From contig NC_134029.1 in NCBI RefSeq assembly GCF_964204645.1, forward strand, positions 434,001 through 498,000: a DNA stretch of 64,000 nt. The letters run 5' to 3'. Every line of letters starts with the position of its first letter. The first letter of the stretch is position 1. Below, piece after piece: positions 13,017 to 26,242 of this stretch. This DNA is from Tubulanus polymorphus. Taxonomy: Eukaryota; Animalia; Nemertea. Below the pieces are notes generated by a model, which was not told the DNA's origin, ran no database searches, and saw only the letters and a program-made list of their open reading frames with translations. The translations under genes and the position numbers were made by a program.

Positions 13017-15185
13017 ATGTCTTTTCAAATAATAGAAGACAGCGATTCCAGACTGACTATTTTATCATCATCAGATACATCAGCGTCGGCCACTGCTGAC
13101 AATAATTCATCGTCATCAGTTTATACTCTCAGAGATCGGAGATCAATTGCTCAGATGAGTGAAAAGGTCTGCATCAATTTATTACGTGTAGCTTATCGTG
13201 ATTTGATGATTTTTGTGTCCGTATTTATGGAATGGCAATCCAATGCCATAAGTGATGAAACCAATGGACCAGCCGCTGTCCCACAGAGTCCGACAGGTCT
13301 TCTGTCTGCCCTACCATGCTATTAAAAGCTTCTTTTCTATCTAAGTTTTAATGTAATTTTGTAAACTTATTGTATTTCTCATCTTTGTAAAGAATTTTAC
13401 TGTTAGAACATCATTTGTTGATCAAGCCCAGTGGCATTGGATGGAACCGTAGCCAAAGCTGCGGCCCTGTCCAAAATCGGTATTTGGCCGCAGCAATAAA
13501 ATATTGTTTCCAACGCGCCTGAAGCCTAGATTAGACCTATAGCTATAGAGCTGTAAAAGAGTTTTAAATGATATGTTACAGTATTTAACTACAACTAATG
13601 CTGATCACACAGATATCAATATGCAATCACTGGTGGTATGTATCTATATAAAAGTACATGCTTTTAATCGTCGGGGTTTAATTTCAAACCAGTTTCAGGT
13701 TTTAATATCAAACCAGTTTCAAGAAATTAGTTCGCGTCGAAAAGAACGAGATAAGCAAAAACTTCGGTTGAAATTTTTCATGAAACTGTGACACGTACGT
13801 GCGTCGTGGGTTTCTGTTTAGGGAAGTCGGTGGTGAGGGTAACTGGAATAGAGGTGTGTCCTGTTCGCAGCCTGTTGTAGTTCACTTATTCTCATGTTGC
13901 ATGAATGTGTAAAAAGTTAAACTTGTGAAGGTGCGATGAGACAGCGGTTTATTTTGATAATCATGATTCAGCTCTATTCAATTTTTCGTTAAGTTTGACT
14001 CTGAGTTAAAATCAGTTCATTACCAATGCTATTCATCTATTTAGTCAAAATATACTCAAAACTGTGGAATTGGATCCTGTTTTATTTTCATGTTTGCTAT
14101 TTTTGCGTCATGTTTTAAAGCTTTAGTTTTCATTTACAGCAAAAGGAAATTCACAAATTGTCGTTCACCAATCCGGGGAAATTCATGGAAAATTTCAACC
14201 CCGAGAGCAGCGCGAGGGAGATGAGAAAAATGAATCGCAGAATTTATAAAAAAGAAACGTAAGTTTTGAATCATAGGATCCAGTTCCACAGTCTGGGACC
14301 AATTTCCTCAATCCAGAACCCGATTCCACTGTGCTGAACCCGATTCCACTGTGCTGAACCTGGTTCCACTGTGCTGAACCTGGTTCAACTGTGCTGAACC
14401 TGGTTCCACTGTGCTGAACTCAGTTCCACTGTGCAGAACCCGTTTCCACTGTGCTGAACCTGGTTCCACTGTGCAGAACCCGATTCCACTGTGCAGAACC
14501 TGTTTCCACTGTGCTGAACCTGTTTCCACTATGCTGAACCCAGTTCCACTGTGCTGAACCCGATTACACTGTGCTGAACCCGGTTCCACTGTGCTGAACC
14601 CGATTCCACTGTGCAGAATCCGATTCCACTGTGCTGAACCCAGTTCCACTGTGCGTAACCCGATTCCACTGTGCTGCACCCGGTTCCACTGTGCTGAACC
14701 CGATTCCACTGTGCAGAACCCAGTTCCACTGTGCTGAACCCGATTCCACTGTGCAGAACCCATTTCCACTGTGCTGAACCTGGTTCCACTGTGCTGAACT
14801 CAGTTTCACTGTTCTGAACCTGGTTCCACTGCAGAACCCGGTTCTACAGTTCCGGATCTTGTTCTTAATCCTGGAGTTAAATCTTAACCTGTAGAACTGG
14901 ATCCAAAAGTCTGAAAAACCTCAATTACTTGAATTGAATTAGTTAATTTTCTATTTCAGATCAAAACGTAATCAAATGTACAATGAGAATGGTTTACTGG
15001 TTGAAGATGGTATTGATTTATGCGATTGTTTGGACATTTCGTGTCCCGGTTGTCATTTTCCGTGTCCTAAATGTCAATCGGAGAAATGTGGCGTAGAATG
15101 TCGATGTAATCGGAAATATGTTTACGAAAGAGTCGAAGTTGAAGGAACTCGTGAAATCAGAAGATTCCCGCACGTTATTTCATGA
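13017..15185 (+). CDS. ARL14EP: ARL14 effector protein-like (ARL14EP/ARF7EP family), 3 coding exons, 164 aa
   Basis: Exons 13017-13166, 14140-14258 and 14960-15185 join in phase at GT-AG introns. Exon 2 gives QKEIHKLSFTNPGKFMENFNPESSAREMRK. Exon 3 gives YNENGLLVEDGIDLCDCLDISCPGCHFPCPKCQSEKCGVECRCNRKYVYE, matching the Cys-rich ARL14EP C-terminal domain (D-L-C-D-C-L-x3-C-x-G-C...K-C-G-x-E-C-R-C-x-R). AATAAA at 15444. Confidence 0.9.
14276..14904. mobile_element. MITE carrying an internal 20-bp tandem array (about 26 copies) in ARL14EP intron 2
   Basis: TIRs ggatccagttccacag (14276) and ctgtagaactggatcc (14889-14904) match at 15/16. Internal unit ccagttccactgtgctgaac at about 14315-14835. Confidence 0.8.
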
Positions 15186-17627
15186 GGCGCCCTCTGCTGG
15201 ATTTAGCATTTATAAATATTTTGAAAATTGACTGTAGAGAGAATTAGTCCATTTTGTATTGACTCTTTAGGTGATAACTATGAAACTGGGTTCAAATCCA
15301 CATGTTGTTAGATTTTAATTCAATTCGTATACCCCATTTTCATCTATTTTATTTGTAAGTCCAATTTTTGAACTGTACTACTGAATGTTACCGTTACTTT
15401 AATTGCAATCCAACTGTCTCAAAAAACTGTAAATAATTCTGGAAATAAATATATACTGCATTTATATTCAATGAATACTTTGTTTGTATCGGTTATTGAG
15501 AAGAGGCTGCAGGTTGACTTGATGATGCAGTGAAGCTGCAGTTGACTTGATGCATTGAACATGGAGACGTTGAATCAGTGGACATTTACACACTCAAAAC
15601 TTCTCCAAATCTGCATCACTGCTAATAACGACTTCCAGACGGATAAATAGCACTGTGAATTTTTGCTCCCAATAAATTTCAGAAATCTCTCATATTTAGA
15701 TGATATATTCAGGAATAACTTTCCGCTTTTGAATTCAAAACTATTTACAAAATACGACTAATTTGATTTCATAAAGCTGATTTTTATTGGACGAAATTTC
15801 GAGAAACAGTAGCTGGGTTAATCCATGGAATGTCTCTGTTTTGTAACCGTTAATCTATAGTTAATCCGGATATAATCGGATAAAGCACGAACAGGGAACT
15901 GACCGCCGACAGTAAACACAAACACCACACAAATATAGACTAAACGCTGTGATAAACACATGCAGTACTGTTAGTGGTGACTGTACGACTGACTGTTAGT
16001 GGGTGACATCTTAACTGGACAAACATGCATATTATACCCATGAAACACACCTATCTCAACTGCTTTCAATGACTATTTACAAGATATTGGTGAATGAACG
16101 CATCATGGATTAATCAAATCTTGGATTTAAGAAATATTCATCTATTTTCTGAATTCGTAAGTATAGACTTAGTGAGTAGATATTGATGCAACCGACTGGT
16201 ATCGGGGGCGACAGGTTTTCAGAATGAAGAGTAAAGAAGTTGTTTGGTTGGATTACGGTTGGTTTTTGATGTAGTGTTAATCAACTCGAGATCATATAAA
16301 TATCATGTATAAAATTACTGTGGGGATTACCTGTTCTGTCTCATAAATTGATTGTATTTCTATGAAGCGTTCACGGCCTGAAGAGCCATATAAACGCTAT
16401 CATTTTATATCTTGACTTCAGGTTTTGAAAAAAATGTTCTCTACACTATTGCTTAGATATCCGAAACTCCGAAGTTTTTGGGTTAGATTTGACGAGAGTT
16501 TAAACATTGGAAATGAAACCGAATTTTGGTTTGGACTAAAGATTATTGACGTCATGGATTTTGGGTGTGGGATGTTTTATGTTGTGTGAGTCACTGTCGG
16601 TCTTGTACTCAGGTATCTGGTTTACATCAATGACATTTCTAGACATAGAGTTATTTGTCATTTAACAAGGGAATTCTTGTGAATTCTATTTGAATTATAG
16701 TAGTTTTCAATGTGAGGTCGACAGTAATTACAAGTGAACGCCAATGTGAAGTACACAATTATATCTTGTAACGACGTTTTATATCCATTGAAATCATACA
16801 AAAAACACAAATTGTGTCTTATCGAATACAAGAATGCTTTTCGGTAACAAATCATATTGATTATTTCACAAAAGGTTTTACAGTTTCTATATAAACAGCG
16901 CCTCAAGGGGAAAGGGGGGGGGGGGCTGCGGGGCTGGCGGTATGTTGTGTAAGATCGTATTTCGTAGTTTTCTATACCGGTATATGTTTTTCCATTCTGA
17001 TACATAATTTACACATAAGATATGATTTTATTGCGCAATTGATCCTGATTTGTTTACTGTACACGGAATCAATAAAACTGGACTCTGATATGTAAATGTA
17101 TAAACTGGAATTTATAGCGAATTTATGTAACTTTTATCTGTAAAGATAATCAGTTTAAATCGACCTTTCTCGGCTGCAGAAGAACATTCGTAAATACTTG
17201 AATAATTTAAACGTTACAGCTTATACCAGTAGGATGTGTCATGAATGGTAGGTGAGTGAATCCATGAGATGGAGGGGAGTCTTTGGTACATTGGCAACTG
17301 CTCTTATGGTTCCCTGTAAGCTACGTGCAACTCATGAGATAATTGCTCGTAGCTGTAGTAAGCAACACGGGACAGTTAAAGAGGCCGGGGTAACTTAGTA
17401 GAGATTGAACTCCAAAAGTGGTCTTAGATGCTTAGTCTTATGGTCATAAGTTGTAAGACTGGCTATAGAACTGAAATGACCTAAGCCATGAATGACGCCA
17501 AGTTGAGGGTTAATGCAATTATGGCTAGTAGAGGGTTAAGAGCACATTAAATGCCTTCTATTTGTTTTCATTAATTTATTCATGATGTTTTACATAAAAC
17601 ACACAGAGCTGTAATAAATGAATACTA

Positions 17628-17733
<106 letters not shown>

Positions 17734-18344
17734 TCGCTACTATTGACAGAGAGTATTTCAGACACATCCTGTTTCTGATAGACTCCATCCATTAAATAAT
17801 CAATTTGAATGTGACTGGTTCTATATAAGAGATTGCTAGGTTACTCCTAGTCGTGAGGAGCTCTCACACCCGTCAACTCTCAGTTTGTGGCAACTACAGG
17901 TATCCATACGTCATATGCATTGAAGGAATAATATGTTTTACATGGGAATAAATTTTAGGACTAAATGATATGGAATAGATTTACAGAAATCCCGGATGCA
18001 GCTCCACTGTGTGAGTTTGAGTTGTTCATTTTCAATCAGCTAACTCTGGGTCATGAAGTTCAAAGATTTAAAAATCTGAAAGCCAAAACTAATAACAGAC
18101 ATCATCAGATTCGCATAGCCGAAATGAAATGGTCCCAATAAACTTCTTGAATTTTAGAATTCTCAGTCTTCAGTCGGATTTCACTTTATAATGCATTTGG
18201 CACTCAGTGGTTATATTTTTCACGGATTATAGTGTGTTTCAATAACTCTTGACAATAGAATTGTTTTTACAGATATGGAATGATACAAGTGTGAAATTGT
18301 GTTTATATTGAGGAGAACTCGTTCTCTGTGTCAAACTGTTAAAT

Positions 18345-21300
18345 ATGGCGACACGTCGTAAGTTAAACTCAGTTAAAACGGATTCTGTTCCGATGGATGA
18401 TAATTGGGGATCCGGAATGCCGAGGATCGATCAGAATACCAGCGGGGATTCCGGATCGAAGAAATCCTTTCCTTCTAGGAATAATTCCAGGAATCGACGA
18501 ATTCCTTCTCTCAACGACTCCGAGACAACATCGATAGATTTCAGAACGAATTTCGGCGAGGCAACCGCGAATTATCAGAAACAGTCTCAGGAATTTCCCG
18601 TGTCGTCTAGGAAAGGATCGGCGTGTTCTCACGGAGGAGACCTCAGCCGTCAACACACTCACAATCAGTTACAGAAATCTGAGCGTGTCCGCGGTCGGCA
18701 AACGTCTCTACTGAATCGAGCACCAACCATGCATCGAGAACCGATAAAACTACGTAAAATATCATCAGAATCCAATAGAAAATCAACAGCTGCTGCTGCC
18801 GCTGCTGCTGCTAGTCAACAGAAACATGTCAATCCTATCCACGCGTTACATCGCGAGATCACGCGAGAATTCACATTTACCGGATACGATATTATGAAAG
18901 ATGGTAAGAGAAGCAATTTCAAAATTTAGAATTCATATCGGTTTATAATGAAATAATGAAGAAAAATAATGCGATACAATCATAGAATGATATCAAGTCC
19001 AACCAATGGGTCCTGGGTCCTGTATCCCTGTTAGTGCCCCTGTGCCGAATGTGATATGACTGATGTACCGATATACCGATCCCGCTATTAACAGTCTTTA
19101 CAGTTTCTTTGAAGAAGGGATTTAGAGAATTCTCAAAACTGTCAGAAAGCTTTAGAATATATCATCATTCGTGGGACTGTTCATTATGACTTTTGTTTTT
19201 ATAGTTATCCCTAAAGCGAGGATCCCGGCGCCGGATGAACTAGAGAAAGTCCATAGAGAACAGGTCTATGAGACAATGTGTAAGAGACTCGGCACTATTC
19301 CGATAACAGTTCTAAAAAACCGTTTGTCTCATGATGAAATTAGATTACACTGTCACGAGATTGGACCGAAAGGAGCTAAAGCGCTGGCAGTAGCTTTACT
19401 GGTGAGTCTTTCTTTACCAGATACCTGCGAGCCAAATACTCATAGATATAATTAACCATTCATTAAACATTCTGAGTTCCTCCTGTTGTTAAGATGATAT
19501 GAAATCCTATCCTTATCATAGAATATCCAAAATGTTTCATTGAGCTAGTGATCTTCAGGGGCAGTTGCATAGTCATGGCTTATGAGTCTAGAACCAACTT
19601 AGTTGTCTTAAGATTTAAGACCACTTTTGACTTAGTCACGACTGTGCAACTGGACCCAGGAAAACAAGTGTTTCAATGAGCTATTCATCTTCAGGAATAC
19701 AAGTGTTTTAACGAATTAATTGTCAGGAGCCTGTCTTTTCCCGGACACTTTTAGCGTGGTATATTGTATGATCTCACAATCGTCAGACTTCGAAACATTT
19801 TGAGATTTGAATTTCTGAAGATTTTTTATCATCGAAAATCAATCTATTCACGACCCATCTCCTAGTGCTGTGAGTGTAGAGGATATTCCATTAACATCAG
19901 CTGATTTTGTACGTTTTTTTTTTTGAAGGATCAGCGCAATTTAACAGTATTAGATTTAGCTGAAGATCATTTACAAACTGACGGTGTTGTTTATTTGTCT
20001 GATATGATTGAAAATAAAGTTTTACTCACGGAATTAGTAAGTAAACAGTTCCCTTATATTATTCAGATTTTTAAGAAATCTTGTAATGAATGTGTATTAC
20101 AGTTTCGAGATTAATCTAAATCCCATCTTCAGAAGAGCAGTAATTAATGCAGTAATTAATACAGTTTCTCTGAAGTTGAGATTAAGATAATCTCAAAATT
20201 GTCAGAAAAGTCAACTTGTCACTAAACAGAAAGTAAAGAGAAGAGTATCATCCATTGTGGGATATTGGTCGGTAACTTGTAATTTCTGTTTCAGAATTTA
20301 GCTCGTAATGATATTAAAACTATCGGCGTCAAAGCTATTTGCGAATCGTTGAAAGATACAGAATCGCTGAAAATCTTAGATTTATCCGGTAATATTCGCT
20401 CTGTCAGTAATAAATCTCTTATAAAACGCTGAAAGTTATATTTGTACGAATACTGGCTGTAGAACGATGACCACTTTATACAAACTATATAATTCAATAG
20501 ATATAGTTGAAGATTTATTGTGTGCATTGAAATCAAGTGAATGCGTTGATTTTGCAGGAAACCATTTAAAAGATCAAGACGCTTGTTATATAGCTGAACT
20601 CATAGAGGTAATATATACTTATTGACCAGTCCAAGAGTCACTAGAAATAATATCTCAAGTGTTTTATTGACAAATATATGAGTGTGAGTCCCTGAAATTG
20701 AACCCGAGACTTCGAGAACTACATCAGATTATTTGCCCAATTCTAATTCCATTTCTAGCAACTGTATAATAAATTAAGGATGAAAACTTTCAATCTTTTT
20801 GTTTGTTTTTAAATGATTTGTTATTAATTCTTTTTTTTAAAGAATAACATATCAATAGCTGAAATGCGGTTGAGCCATAACGATTTTCGAGAAATTGGAG
20901 GTGAATTTATTGGAAAAGCACTGTGTAAGTTATAATATCTGTGGAAAATGAAAAATGAATTTGATTGTATTATACATCTATACATTATGTTTAAAATAAA
21001 TAAATAACTATTAATTGTGATCAGTTTTCTGTTTCATTTCACAGCTCACAACGATACAATTTTACACCTAGATTTGAGTTGGAATCATCTGAGAGGAAGA
21101 GGTGCTATCTCTATAGCTGAAGGATTGATGGTATAAAATATACTACTTTCATAAACTTATCAATCTCTGCAGGCTTCACAATGAATCCTCTTAATTCTGT
21201 TGTAAACGTTATGAATCCAGTTAAGAGTTGAAGCTTTAGAATAATTATAATTTGAAATCTATTGTCAAACTGAATAGATATCTGCGGCGCTTTTTGGATC

Positions 21301-24085
21301 TGACAATTTAACGATTGAATTATAGGAGAATCTCGGTTTGAAGAAGTTAAATGTCGCGTGGAACGGATTCGCTGAAGACGGTTGCGCCGCGATGATGCCA
21401 GCTTTACAGAAAAATAAATTCCTCGCTGAATTAGATTTAAGTAATAATCGTATTAATCCTGAAGGTATCGGACATTTATTGAAAGGTCTGATGTCGAACA
21501 CAGCTCTGTGTGCCATACGGGTAAGGATAAACAGAATTAATCATTTGATGGGTTATCTTGAAATTTAAGAGGATATTTTTCTCCTCCTGTCTTGTAGCTG
21601 GGTAAGAATCCTATAACTCCGCGGATAGCTCTGCAGATTCTACAAGCATCGGTTAAATTAGGACCCGATTCAGCTTTATATCTTATAGATCTAGAGGTGA
21701 GCATTTCTATTTAGAACGAGGTAGCCATTGAGTAAATATTTCACATTTCGTGGCCATCTTGGATGTTGACGAAAGCAGCGAAACCTTTCTGATCGAAGAC
21801 CTGATCCAAATCATATGTGACCCAAGATGGCTGCTCGATATGAAATAGGTGAATTCCGATCTATGTGTTTTGCAATGATTCTCATCTGTTTTTAATTCTG
21901 TTGTTTTTATATGTGATTTGTCAGGATATCGTCGTCGATGAAGAATTCATATCGAATTTAGAGAATATAATTAAAGTGAAGAATATCGAAGTTTTACACG
22001 GACCCGTCATCAGAAAATCGAATGAAAAAGTTCATTTGAGAAATAAGAAGTTCGCTCAAGAAAGACGATTAACGACGGCTTTATTCGAGCACATGGATAA
22101 ACAGGGATACCGGGTTGTCGATATGTTTCATCGGTTGGATAAGGATAAGAGTAACTCACTTACTCGTAAAGAGTTACAACAGCCGTTCATGGTAAGGATA
22201 AATGGAATTCATTTCCCGACAGAGAGTAAACAGGAATGATTATCGACATTTACTGAATGCATGCAGTATAAACCCCTATAGTGTAGCAGGGAAAAATAGT
22301 TTAACCAAACCTTAAACTCATTATCAGTGACGATCGTTTTTTCTGTTCGAGTTCAGTTCAGCTTTCTTGGCTTCGTTAATTGTAAATGAAAATCGTAACG
22401 GAAGGTGACCATAATACCTAAGGGGGAGCAAATCTAACGTGGGAACCTAATGGGTCGGCGGGGGGGGGGGGGTTATGGGGTGATGATAAGAAGAAGGCTG
22501 TGGTACTTATTAATTAGAACTAACAGATGAATTAATGATTTAGGAGAATAACGTTCCGGTTACTGAGAATCAATTGGATGAAATGATGGCTGAACTTGAT
22601 ACTGATAACAGCGGAGACGTGGACTTACGGTAAGACTGAAGTCACCCGAGTGTCTCGGGATCAATCGGGTTCGAATCCCATCCGGGGAAGAAGATGATTT
22701 AAATCTTGACAACCGTTCAATATACAATGGAACCTCTTTACAGCGAACTTCACAGGACCAGAAAATATGTTCGTTATAACCGATAGTTCGTTATATCGAT
22801 TTTGAAATTAATTAAATTTTCTTACTTTGGACGAAATTCTATATCCGATGAGTCGTTGTATCCGGGTTCGTTATAACGAGGTTCCGCTGTATTCACAACA
22901 CAACGTAAATTAATATCTATCATAAAAACACCAACTAATAATATTGACATGTGATTAACATTGACAGTAAACAGACGTGGTTTGAGTAATGTAAAATCCC
23001 CGCACACTAAGGACGAAAAGAGGGTCTTAAATGTTTCATTTTTGTTGTGACTGTTATATTCTAATAGTGTCCCTGATGATGATTAAGATGGACTATTAGG
23101 ATACAGTCAAATTGAAGTTGAATACATAATCAGCTTAAGGAAACATTTCAGACTTTTTTGATTCTTATTCATTTTCTATTAATCGCAACACGGACTCACA
23201 TTGTTTCATCATTGGTTCAAGTGGCTTTATAAATAATTCAACAAACAACAAAATAACATCAAAGAAACGACTGCGCTGATCTTCTGTCTAACAACGATGT
23301 TATAATATATAATGTTTTTATATTGAATTCGTGGCTGCTTTAAAAACACTAATTTAACATGTTTGGTATTGTTTTACAGACCTCGCTAAACGCTCATCTC
23401 ACGCCCGCTTTAACTAATATAATCCCTGTTTGGTAAGGAAATCATTTATCTGAACAAAAATAGTTAGGTATAACACAAATTGTGTCGAACGACACTATCC
23501 TTATAAACCATCATATATCAGCTAATATTTAGGATAAGCGAAAATGGCAAAAGCTTCCGAAAGAGAGGGAATCTCAAATATGGAGCTACAGTGAAATTGT
23601 TCACACTTTAATTCATAAATCCGTATCGGAGATTCTAGCTCTTTCGGAAGCTTTTGCCATTTTCGCTTATCTTAAATATAAGCTGAGATATACGGAAGAC
23701 CCTAGGTGACATACGAGATAATCTTTTCATAATTTCGACTTAATAAGCCGAAATTGTGTCATCTCGTATGTCACCTAGGGTCTTCCGTAGAGATGATGGT
23801 TTATAAGGATGGTGTCGTGTAGTTTGTGTTACCTAACTATTTTTGTTCAGCGTAAACGAATAAATCAATCTAATAAGATATAATATCAAAGGTCCAAAGA
23901 GAAAACCTGTTTCTTGTATTTCCAGCGAACTTCTGAAAGCGTCTCGTATGAATAAAAGGAAAAGTATTATGAATAAGTTGCTATTTGCGGGAAGAAAGAA
24001 AAGTCCAAGTAAAGCAGCCATTTCGTTTCGAGAATTTATGGCAAAATGGAAATCTGGTCAACAGACTGATAATGCAGACAACTAG
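18345..24085 (+). CDS. LRRC74: Leucine-rich repeat-containing protein 74-like (RI-type LRRs) with a C-terminal EF-hand pair; 12 coding exons, about 660 aa
   Basis: Exons 18345-18903, 19205-19401, 19929-20036, 20295-20388, 20558-20607, 20843-20924, 21045-21130, 21326-21520, 21598-21696, 21925-22191, 22544-22629 and 23926-24085 are all GT-AG and phase-compatible. YETMCKRLGTIP..IGPKGAKALAVAL, LSHNDFREIGGEFIG, LDLSWNHLRGRGA and LNVAWNGF parallel LRRC74A. EF-hand loops DKDKSNSLTRKE and DTDNSGDVDLRE. Confidence 0.88.
19558..19657. mobile_element. MITE (gg..cagttgca(c/t)agtc TIR family)
   Basis: Left ggggcagttgcatagtc and right gactgtgcaactggaccc. Related copy at about 46840-46935. Confidence 0.6.
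22725..22889. mobile_element. Tc1/mariner (pogo/Tigger-like) MITE with TA target duplication
   Basis: TA|caatggaacctctttacagcgaa ... ttcgttataacgaggttccgctg|TA resembles the CAGTGGAACCTCG-type pogo TIR. Confidence 0.8.
23472..23830. mobile_element. Nested inverted-repeat element: an outer IR enclosing two long hairpin MITE-like units
   Basis: Outer acgacactatccttataaaccatcat / atgatggtttataaggatggtgtcgt. Inner 1 (about 23515-23690) gataagcgaaaatggcaaaagcttccgaaagag and its complement. Inner 2 (23691-23789) tacggaagaccctaggtgacatacgagat and its perfect complement. Confidence 0.85.
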
Positions 24086-24571
24086 CGGAGTCTAGCGGCA
24101 ACTCGCGACAACTAGTGAAACCTTCACTTTTTGGCGATCACCTGGCCACAATCTTGTGGTTCTGTACTGTAAATTATATGTTTCAATTATACGTATTTTG
24201 AGTTAAATATCAAGAGGTTGTTCCTTCCTTTTCTGACGGGATTCAGGTACCAAGGATTTCCTTCACGCATCGGGTTCAATGTGAATGACTGATGTCTATT
24301 CAGCCGCTCGTGGGTTCAGTCGATACGTGCACATCCACACGTGGTTTTAAATCATATAACTAGCCTTACCCTTATTAAATTGTCTATACATAAGTAATCA
24401 AAATAGACTAAAACCTAGGTCTTGACATTTCAGCTGGCCCTGGTCTGATAAATAAACAAACACGATATAAAATTTAATTTCTATCGAATATTTAATGCCT
24501 CATAGATAATTTTTCTAATATTCAGAAAATATTTGATAATTTCGATGAATTTCTAGTTAAATCAATATCTC

Positions 24572-26242
24572 CTACTTTCCACATTTTCTGTAGACTTCGT
24601 GATGATAGGCGGCGCAGTTGTAGTTAATAACGTAACCATGTTTAAATAACTGGGCGTTTTCACATTCGAATTCCAGATGACTTTGATTACCCTGTCGACC
24701 TGTAAAAAGAAATCATTACACGCGTTACCACTGCGATAGGAGAGTATACGTGAATAAGTTGAAATTTGTGCTAAATCTTCAAGTTTCTTTTTACCGAATC
24801 TTTTACGAAAAAAATCTCCGGGATAATCTTGTTACAGTTCCTCTTTTTAAAAACGTTTCATAACGCTTTTAATTCTTAGAATGTCACTATCTGCTTATCT
24901 TAATATTATAATAATGATTTTATTATCATTGAATAAAGACTAGAGATGAAGGTTTCAAGGTGAAAAACTGAACAATTTAAAAAATTACGAAATATTCATC
25001 AAAACTTGATATAATTGTCGACGTTTAAATGTTTTTTCATTGTTTCTAATATCAATATAGAATCTGCTCATTAACTTGACAACAGAACAAAGAAAACTAA
25101 ACCTAATTTTACTATAAAAGAATCTTACCCTTCATTCCGGATAAAAATGGTTCGTAAGCTTCGTATAAACACGGTAGAACACTCAGACAGTAAGACATCT
25201 TCTGTTCGTCAGATTGTGCTAACATGTCAATACAGCGTCCCTCCTCATTCATCCTGTAACCCATCGCTTTATCATGCGCTCTTTCAACTGCTACTTTACA
25301 TAATTTAAACTCGTCCTCTATGAGAGGATCCTTCCTAGCCACACCGCACTGATATCTACCCTCTCGACAACTACTGATTTTCTGAAACCTTTTCTCTTCA
25401 TCCAGTCCTTTATACGAATTATTGCATCGTTCCCATTCCTTCATTCGCTGCATTTCTGCCTCTTCACTCAACACAGTATTCATCATCAGTCCATCAGAAC
25501 ACGACGAAGGAGGCTGGGGTCCTACAAACAGGAATCAAAATCAGCAACAAGAATTCTATAGTTTTGTTTTAAGTTTGACTGCACAGTGTTAATCAGTTCA
25601 TTTCCGATGTCTTTTCTCTGTCGATTCATTCGTTCATTTCATATTTGAAAATTGTGATTGTTACTAACAGCCACAATTCTTTTTTGCAATTGTTTTTCAT
25701 ATCAAGTTACATAAACTGCACTGTGCGTTCACGCGATGCTGATTCTTATGTTTTCAAAAATCCTAACCGAAAACTGCGGGTGGAACTGTGGAATTTAATT
25801 TCCACCGTGGAAGTCGTATTTAATTTTTCATTCATTATTACACGTGAAGATATTACAGCTAAAGGTACGAGTTCGTTATTTCTAAACGATTCTAGAGAAT
25901 AAGATAAAATCCCACTATTTACAGATTAAACGAATTTAAAAACCAGAATTTATTTATTCAATCAAAAATATATATAAAAGACACATAGTTATTATGACAC
26001 ATAGTCAAACATAAACAATCATCTGTAAATAGTGGGATTTTATCTTATTATCCGTTCACCACGTTTGAGTGTGGTTATCGTTCGATTCTAGAGAAGTTTC
26101 TACTTACTCAAAGAAGTCCCGTGTAAAAAAGGTTCTACTTACTCGTATCCTCTGTTTCCGAGTTACCACAAGCACGAACACTGGTCACGAAAACCGCTGC
26201 TACAGAAAACAGGAAAATCCCGTAAATGATCGAAGAAGACAT
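24572..26242 (-). CDS. Uncharacterised secreted cysteine-rich protein (signal peptide, 12 Cys), 3 exons, 206 aa
   Basis: Exons 26242-26143 (MSSSIIYGIFLFSVAAVFVTSVRA-CGNSETEDT), 25521-25129 and 24699-24572 (ends RKCGK*). Both introns are phase 1 with GTAAG donors and TAG/CAG acceptors. TATAAAA upstream at 26414-26408. Confidence 0.85.
25898..26049. mobile_element. MITE with perfect 29-bp terminal inverted repeats
   Basis: aataagataaaatcccactatttacagat (25898) and atctgtaaatagtgggattttatcttatt (26021-26049), in intron 1 of the secreted-protein gene. Confidence 0.75.
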
